64,000 nucleotides of DNA, from NCBI GenBank assembly GCA_977016875.1, contig CDRNST010000241.1, forward strand, positions 992,001 through 1,056,000, read 5' to 3'. How positions within the stretch are numbered: position 1 is the stretch's first letter; every line of letters starts with the position of its first letter. Positions 61,701 to 64,000 of this stretch are shown piece by piece. A program made the translations under genes and the position numbers. The notes under the pieces are model-generated. The model saw nothing but the letters and a program-made list of their open reading frames with translations. It was not told the DNA's origin and searched no databases. The DNA is from Pavona decussata. Lineage: Eukaryota.

Positions 61701-64000
61701 GATACCGGGGAAGAAGAGACAGACAAGGATGAGGGACAGTTCGAGTGGGGAAAACCGCTTCTCGGTGGCTCTTCCGATGAAGAAGATTACGGAGACGAAG
61801 ACGGAGCAGTGTTTAATGAGGTGAGTATTCCTTTAGAGCGCTCGGTAAGAAGGATAAAGAAACCAGACCAAGAAGTTATCGAAGAGTACGTCGATGACGA
61901 AGGTCGTCGGGTGAAGAGGATTTCAAAGGTAACAACTACCAGGACAATAACAAGAGTCGAGCGGCAAACACCCAGGCATGAGTTGGCTATTGATGTGCCT
62001 GCCGAGCCAGGGGAAGACGTAGAGGAGTACGTTGATGAACACGGCCAGAGGGTGAGAAGAGTTGTACGGACTTCTGTGACCACAAGTACCAAGACAGTAC
62101 TGAGAGATGGGGCCTTGAAGGTTGTACTGACACCTAGAGATTCTGGTCGACAAGAGCTTGGAGATGGACCCGAAGATACTGAGCGAATTCAGATCTTCAC
62201 CTCGGAGCACGGTCACCGCACACAAAAACTCACTAAGCCTACACTGAAAAGTCAGCTGAAAAGACCCACAGAATCCGTGACAGTGAAAATGCCACAAGAA
62301 ATGGCCCAATCTCCAGACGATGATGCACGAGCTGAAAGGATCGAGAGAACGGTGTCTTACCCAGAGTGGCTTGTATCCGTCAAAGAAAAGCCTCCCACCC
62401 CAGTCTCGATTTCCTCAATTCAGATTGAGCGACATACGCCGAAGTTACCAACAGTGCGTGATACTGAGAAACCGCATGTCATAGAGGAAGTATCGGCATC
62501 TATTATTGAAAGGCATCCGCCAGTGATTTCGCTACATGCTCTTGAAGACGAAGAGGAAACTCCTGCGGTACGTGAGCGTAAAAGAGCAGAGCCTCCAGCG
62601 GGTTTGCCCCAGTCGCCCGAAATACCGAGAAAAAAGGTACAAAGGGAAGTAGCAGACGATAAGGTCAGTAAGACAGATGTGTTCTTACCCACTCCTCCAA
62701 CAGCGCAAAAGGCCGAAGAGGAAATGGAAGTGGAAGATGAAAAGGAAGGTGACGAACCAATGGATGAAGATGAGGAAGAGGACGATGAAGAAGAGGATGA
62801 CGAATTTGATGAAGAGATCGTAATAGTAGAGGTTAAAAGGCGTCCAAGTTTTCCCAGATCGTTTGTTGTTGTCCCGGATGAACCTGAAATTCCATTCGAA
62901 CCTAAAAGTCTTGCTTACCCGATGAAAACCACCCGCAGTTTTTCCCAGACAAGGAAAATGCCAGAAATGCAAGAAGACTTATCTTGTGTAAATATCGACA
63001 GAAAGGTCACAATTCCTGAGCTAAGGGAATCTGACCTTTTGTCGGCAGAAGCAGATGATCAGACATCGGGGGAGGTTGAAGAATATGTTGATGAGAATGG
63101 CGTTCGAGTGAGAAGAATTGTGAAACGAACCATCACAACAAGATCTGTAATCCGTACATCTGTTGATGGCCAAAGAGACGAGCCACAACCAAAGATATTT
63201 GAGTCAGCAGCTCCTGTTTACCTAGAGATGGACGCTGAAGATGTGGTACCTTCATTGCAAACTCGAGAAATTGTCCTTCCTGGATGGATGGTCGAATGTG
63301 AACCAACACCAGAAGAACAAAAGAAGCCTCAAGAAGAAATTTCATGGTTAGTGCTACCGTCTGAACCAAAACAAGATGAGCCTAAGGAAGAACGTGACCG
63401 CGACAGCGTGAGAGAAAGCGTTACTGCAACAAATTTAAATCGGGAAATTGTTATTCCTCAAATTGATGACATGGAAGATGAGTCAGCCCAGGAAATTGAA
63501 GAATATGTTGATGAAAACGGAGTGCGAGTAAGGAGAATTGTGAAACGAACTATCACAACAAGAACTATCAAGAGAGAAGGTCAACAGATTGAACCAATGG
63601 AGCTGACATTCCCTGTAACGCAAAGACGGGATCAGTCACCAGAGGAAGTTGAAGAATTTGTTGATGTGAATGGTGTTCGAGTGAGGAGAATTGTGAAACG
63701 AACCATCACAACAACATCTGTAGTCCGTACATCTGTTGATGACAAGAGGGAAGAACCGCAAACAAAAGTATTTGAGTCCGCTGCTCCTGTTTACCTAGAG
63801 ATGGACCCTGGAGATGTTGTACCTTCATTGCAAACTCGAGAAGTTGTCCTTCCTGAATGGATGGTTGAAAGTGAACCAACGCCAAAAGAACAGAAGAAGT
63901 CTCACGAAGAAATTTCATGGTTAGTACTGGCGTCTGAACCAAGAGAAGATGAGCGTAAGGAAGAACGTGACCGCGAGGGCGTGAGAGAAAGCGTTACTGC
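6257..64000 (+). CDS. MACF1: Spectraplakin (MACF1/dystonin/plectin/short stop family), multi-exon, 3'-incomplete: CH1-CH2, plakin domain with SH3, spectrin repeats, giant repetitive exon
   Basis: Hand-spliced exons give [114 protein letters not shown] and W-containing spectrin repeats. The symbol is family-level only (likely co-ortholog of MACF1/DST/PLEC). Confidence 0.95.
7555..7636 (+). CDS. Spectraplakin alternative first exon 1b ([27 protein letters not shown])
   Basis: aaatATGG start context; phase-1 donor CAG|gtaatt in frame with exon 2. Confidence 0.75.
8048..8109 (+). CDS. Exon 2, CH1 start ([21 protein letters not shown])
   Basis: tttcag acceptor, gtaagc donor, canonical CH1 motif. 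Confidence 0.95.
8771..9024. repeat. Tandem duplication, 2 x 127 bp
   Basis: caaatactaagttaaa... begins at 8771 and 8898. Confidence 0.9.
10230..10319 (+). CDS. Exon 3, CH1 ([30 protein letters not shown])
   Basis: AG/GT boundaries, DLYEELRDG motif. Confidence 0.95.
10817..10927. mobile_element. 111-bp hairpin element with ~10-bp flanking duplication
   Basis: tagtctgaaatgtcagccgtc ... gacggctgacatttcagacta; gtagtgatat on both sides. Confidence 0.8.
11025..11236. mobile_element. 212-bp MITE with 16-bp TIRs and 6-bp TSD (TAAACT)
   Basis: gagggtcgtacagggg ... cccctgtacgaccgtc. Confidence 0.8.
11483..11560 (+). CDS. Exon 4, CH1 ([26 protein letters not shown])
   Basis: AG/GT boundaries, RFHRLQNV motif. 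Confidence 0.95.
11646..11738 (+). CDS. Exon 5, CH1 ([31 protein letters not shown])
   Basis: Actinin-type actin-binding signature. Confidence 0.95.
12603..12688 (+). CDS. Exon 6, CH2 ([29 protein letters not shown])
   Basis: AG/GT boundaries, AKDALLLW motif. Confidence 0.95.
13122..13202 (+). CDS. Exon 7, CH2 ([27 protein letters not shown])
   Basis: Phase 2/2, NFT.SW.DG motif. Confidence 0.95.
14789..14904 (+). CDS. Exon 8, CH2 (PDLVDFSKL...[14 protein letters not shown])
   Basis: Phase 2/1, LGVPRLLD motif. Confidence 0.95.
15569..15681 (+). CDS. Exon 9, CH2 end ([26 protein letters not shown]...)
   Basis: [10 protein letters not shown] motif, gtaagt donor. Confidence 0.95.
15925..16044 (+). 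CDS. Exon 10, plakin SR1 ([14 protein letters not shown]...[11 protein letters not shown])
   Basis: Phase 0/0; RFP motif as in plectin SR1. Confidence 0.9.
16178..16273 (+). CDS. Exon 11, plakin SR1
   Basis: ttttcag acceptor, CAG|gtaagt donor, phase 0/0. Confidence 0.9.
16381..16445 (+). CDS. Exon 12, plakin SR1 ([18 protein letters not shown]...); 3' boundary uncertain (16422, or 16445 with a frameshift)
   Basis: Acceptor ttcattttag; needed to bridge exons 11 and 13; see frameshift finding. Confidence 0.65.
16491..16665. mobile_element. Palindromic ~170-bp MITE family, copy 2
   Basis: ggccatttccgagttg ... cagctcagaaatggcc. Confidence 0.8.
16785..17045 (+). mobile_element. Degenerate tRNA-derived SINE
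   Basis: tRNA-like head, then acaagacactttactccaca ... ctgggggtaacc ... gatggac ... G-run layout typical of anthozoan SINEs (recognised from memory). Confidence 0.5.
18051..18115 (+). CDS. Exon 13 ([22 protein letters not shown])
   Basis: Aligns with plectin WGKL...LRSEFER. Confidence 0.9.
18590..18632 (+). CDS. Exon 14, SR2 ([14 protein letters not shown])
   Basis: Phase 2/0, in frame. Confidence 0.85.
18846..18896 (+). CDS. Exon 15, SR2 ([17 protein letters not shown])
   Basis: Phase 0/0, gtgagt donor. Confidence 0.85.
19091..19458. mobile_element. MITE
   Basis: ggctaaacgatcaaaca ... tgtttgatcgtttagcc inverted ends. Confidence 0.7.
20148..20222 (+). CDS. Exon 16, SR2 ([25 protein letters not shown])
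   Basis: Phase 0/0, gtaagt donor. Confidence 0.85.
20365..20453 (+). CDS. Exon 17, SR2 ([30 protein letters not shown])
   Basis: Phase 0/2; resembles plectin DVQTLKDGRHPQ. Confidence 0.88.
20471..21020. mobile_element. 550-bp non-autonomous DNA transposon (TA-flanked, Tc1/mariner-like)
   Basis: ta|ccgtgtagcacgaaaattttgcggg ... cccgcaaaattttcatgccacgcgg; subterminal tttgcg repeats. Confidence 0.8.
21354..21664 (+). CDS. Exon 18, SR2 end plus Thr-rich linker
   Basis: Phase 2/1; overlaps ORF 21385-21672. Confidence 0.88.
22571..22698 (+). CDS. Exon 19, linker and SR3 start (...[13 protein letters not shown])
   Basis: Phase 1/0; LAWI helix A motif. Confidence 0.88.
24349..24477 (+). CDS. Exon 20, SR3 ([18 protein letters not shown]...)
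   Basis: [WY]G.DLPS motif. Confidence 0.92.
24534..24842. mobile_element. MITE
   Basis: agggaacttaagca ... tgcttaagttccct. Confidence 0.8.
25295..25357 (+). CDS. Exon 21, SR3 ([21 protein letters not shown])
   Basis: Phase 0/0. Confidence 0.85.
25692..25724. repeat. (AAC)11 microsatellite, probably a retroelement 3' tail on the minus strand
   Basis: Directly followed by actttatt (minus-strand AATAAA). Confidence 0.8.
26265..26426 (+). CDS. Exon 22, SR3/SR4 (...[21 protein letters not shown]...)
   Basis: Conserved plakin motif ATKEL.W.N..EE.EV..DWS. Confidence 0.95.
27013..27117 (+). CDS. Exon 23, SR4 (...[17 protein letters not shown])
   Basis: HPA motif. Confidence 0.93.
27165..27341. 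mobile_element. Palindromic ~170-bp MITE family, copy 3
   Basis: catttccgtgttgctgtgaacctc ... gaggttcaaagcaacacggaaatg. Confidence 0.8.
27849..27944 (+). CDS. Exon 24, SR4 ([16 protein letters not shown]...)
   Basis: Matches plakin A.QTQWSW.LQL. Confidence 0.93.
28295..28522. mobile_element. 228-bp TIR element with perfect 11-bp TSD (GCAGAAAAGGT)
   Basis: accctggttccagagg ... cctctggaacctagggt; TSD at 28284-28294 and 28523-28533. Confidence 0.85.
28709..28834 (+). CDS. Exon 25, SR5 ([11 protein letters not shown]...LDRLT)
   Basis: Phase 0/0, gtgagt donor. Confidence 0.92.
29682..30301. repeat. Polypyrimidine (C/T) low-complexity tract with internal repeats
   Basis: Almost no G on the + strand; recurring ccattccctccttcaccaccccctcccctc units. 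Confidence 0.95.
32265..32912 (+). CDS. Candidate internal alternative first exon with N-terminal transmembrane anchor (216 codons)
   Basis: Long, compositionally complex ORF in the largest intron; 27-aa hydrophobic segment followed by basic residues; phase-0 donor CAG|gtaaac (alternative CTA|gtgagt at 32924) matches exon 26. Confidence 0.7.
35214..35360 (+). CDS. Exon 26, SR5/SH3 start ([10 protein letters not shown]...VVPLPQRK...VCSYKNMQ)
   Basis: Plakin V.L.PR...CDYK motif. Confidence 0.93.
35642..36358. repeat. Tandem duplication, 2 x ~357 bp, near-identical
   Basis: aatttccaagtttgtattaagttc begins at 35642 and 35999. Confidence 0.95.
36798..36860 (+). CDS. Exon 27, SH3 ([21 protein letters not shown])
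   Basis: GEEC.L.DNS...WK motif. Confidence 0.93.
36938..38091. mobile_element. 1.15-kb non-autonomous hAT-like element
   Basis: cagggctgcaaataac ... gttatttacagccctg; subterminal (t)gaccggaca motifs; no clean 8-bp TSD. Confidence 0.8.
38631..38722 (+). CDS. Exon 28, SH3 end (...[15 protein letters not shown])
   Basis: VPSVCF.IP motif. Confidence 0.93.
39715..39841 (+). CDS. Exon 29, SR5 end / SR6 start
   Basis: [12 protein letters not shown] aligns with plectin LEAQHQALVTLW. Confidence 0.9.
40590..40781 (+). CDS. Exon 30, divergent SR6 region
   Basis: Phase 0/0; ORF 40581-40808. Confidence 0.85.
41118..41470. repeat. Long imperfect palindrome (foldback element), ~170-bp arms, 15-nt loop
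   Basis: ...atgctccaatgactccatataaatccttctaattttgt [loop] acaaaattagaaggatttgcatggagtcattggagcat... Confidence 0.9.
41611..41736 (+). CDS. Exon 31, spectrin repeat (SR7)
   Basis: LLAWLKRAE helix A. Confidence 0.9.
42601..42755 (+). CDS. Exon 32, spectrin repeat (SR7)
   Basis: Phase 0/2, LSEKW helix C. Confidence 0.88.
43416..43554 (+). CDS. Exon 33, SR8
   Basis: Phase 2/0. Confidence 0.88.
44104..44406 (+). CDS. Exon 34, SR8/SR9
   Basis: [11 protein letters not shown]...QIDNR aligns with plectin RERVAQLLERW...QTDVR. Confidence 0.92.
44585..44867. mobile_element. MITE
   Basis: ctacaatcctg...tcttgggacaaa / tttgtcccaaga...caggattgtag. Confidence 0.75.
45103..45186 (+). CDS. Exon 35, SR9
   Basis: Phase 0/0. 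Confidence 0.88.
45560..45784 (+). CDS. Exon 36, SR9 end (end of plakin domain)
   Basis: NARYEKL...ETLKR aligns with plectin RTHYSEL...ETLRR. Confidence 0.9.
46125..46265 (+). CDS. Exon 37, rod spectrin repeat
   Basis: [10 protein letters not shown]...LEEQIEEQK. Confidence 0.92.
46588..46857. mobile_element. GC-rich TIR element with a nested 88-bp hairpin element (46700-46787)
   Basis: agccttcgtagctggc ... gccagcttcgcaggct; inner tagccttctcgcagacgctctt ... aagagcgtctgcgagggaggtta. Confidence 0.7.
48615..48860 (+). CDS. Exon 38, rod spectrin repeat
   Basis: Phase 0/0, LEARWGRL. Confidence 0.92.
48926..49227. mobile_element. PIF/Harbinger (Tourist-like) MITE with TTA TSD
   Basis: 31-bp perfect TIR agccgccgttacacgttgaaacttttagctg; tta on both sides. 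Confidence 0.9.
49457..49549 (+). CDS. Exon 39, rod spectrin repeat
   Basis: AWLKRAE, phase 0/0. Confidence 0.9.
50476..50559 (+). CDS. Exon 40, rod spectrin repeat
   Basis: [24 protein letters not shown]. Confidence 0.9.
51345..51530. mobile_element. MITE
   Basis: tatagagtgttttca ... tgaaaacactctata. Confidence 0.8.
51726..51868 (+). CDS. Exon 41, rod spectrin repeat
   Basis: [11 protein letters not shown], phase 0/2. Confidence 0.88.
52293..52482 (+). CDS. Exon 42, rod spectrin repeat
   Basis: LPWLNSAE...[13 protein letters not shown]. Confidence 0.92.
53465..53779 (+). CDS. Exon 43, rod spectrin repeats
   Basis: Phase 0/0; ORF 53516-53839. Confidence 0.9.
54433..54711 (+). CDS. Exon 44, rod spectrin repeats
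   Basis: Phase 0/0, gtgagt donor. Confidence 0.9.
54754..54983. repeat. Minisatellite, ~59-bp unit x ~4
   Basis: gaaatggggctggtatattgacacag unit at 54755, 54814, 54872, 54931. Confidence 0.9.
55176..55564. mobile_element. Kolobok-like MITE (TTAA target)
   Basis: ttaa|aggggcagtgtcacg ... cgtgtcagtgcccct|ttga. Confidence 0.7.
55676..56002 (+). CDS. Exon 45, rod spectrin repeats
   Basis: VNKNWQAL...LWLDNME...PVGLDPD. Confidence 0.92.
56131..56469 (+). CDS. Exon 46, rod spectrin repeats
   Basis: [18 protein letters not shown]. Confidence 0.92.
57297..57407 (+). CDS. Exon 47, rod spectrin repeat
   Basis: LQKEITQNQ...AGNDLL. Confidence 0.9.
57587..57983. mobile_element. Kolobok-like MITE (TTAA target)
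   Basis: ttaa|ggacggtgcct ... aggcaccgtcc|tcaa. Confidence 0.7.
58334..58540 (+). CDS. Exon 48, rod spectrin repeat
   Basis: Phase 0/0, ERQKELE. Confidence 0.9.
58627..58796. mobile_element. Palindromic ~170-bp MITE family, copy 4
   Basis: gaacctcattatgaaagcgaggctaag ... tcggaaatggcc. Confidence 0.8.
58870..59064 (+). CDS. Exon 49, rod spectrin repeat
   Basis: [11 protein letters not shown]|gtaagc donor. Confidence 0.9.
61407..64000 (+). CDS. Giant exon (>=864 codons, runs off the window): E/P/V/R-rich, repetitive, probably largely disordered
   Basis: Acceptor aatctttag, phase 0 matches exon 49; hand translation shows no stop codon up to 64000. Confidence 0.88.
63075..64000 (+). repeat. 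Coding tandem repeat, 573-bp (191-aa) unit, >=1.6 copies
   Basis: gagagaaagcgttactgc ends at 63427 and at 64000. Confidence 0.95.

Noticed and set aside
61403-63942. Several minus-strand ORFs over the giant exon
   Set aside because: Antisense shadows of the long + strand frame; the pair at 63133 and 63706 just reflects the 573-bp repeat

Overview
AT-rich, intron-rich animal genomic DNA; the repeat families look like those of a stony coral or other anthozoan (inference). Almost the whole window is the 5' part of one + strand spectraplakin gene (MACF1/dystonin/plectin/shot family). I traced about 50 coding exons by hand with GT-AG boundaries and matching phases; one exon (16381) has an unresolved 3' boundary. 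The order is: two alternative ATG exons, CH1-CH2 actin-binding domain, plakin domain (SR1-SR9 with SH3), several rod spectrin repeats, then a giant exon (>=2.6 kb, open to the window end, absent from the ORF track). About 3,150 aa are encoded in the window. Three observations stand out. (1) A 216-codon exon in the largest intron encodes an N-terminal transmembrane anchor and can splice in frame into the middle of the plakin domain, predicting a membrane-tethered isoform without the actin-binding domain. (2) The giant exon carries repeated EE[YF][14 protein letters not shown] motifs that resemble the ankyrin obscurin-binding motif, arranged in a 573-bp higher-order repeat. (3) Plectin/dystonin-style alternative first exons are present. 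Introns hold many MITEs, SINE and Penelope-like remnants, palindromes and tandem duplications. No CRISPR array, rRNA or intact tRNA was seen.
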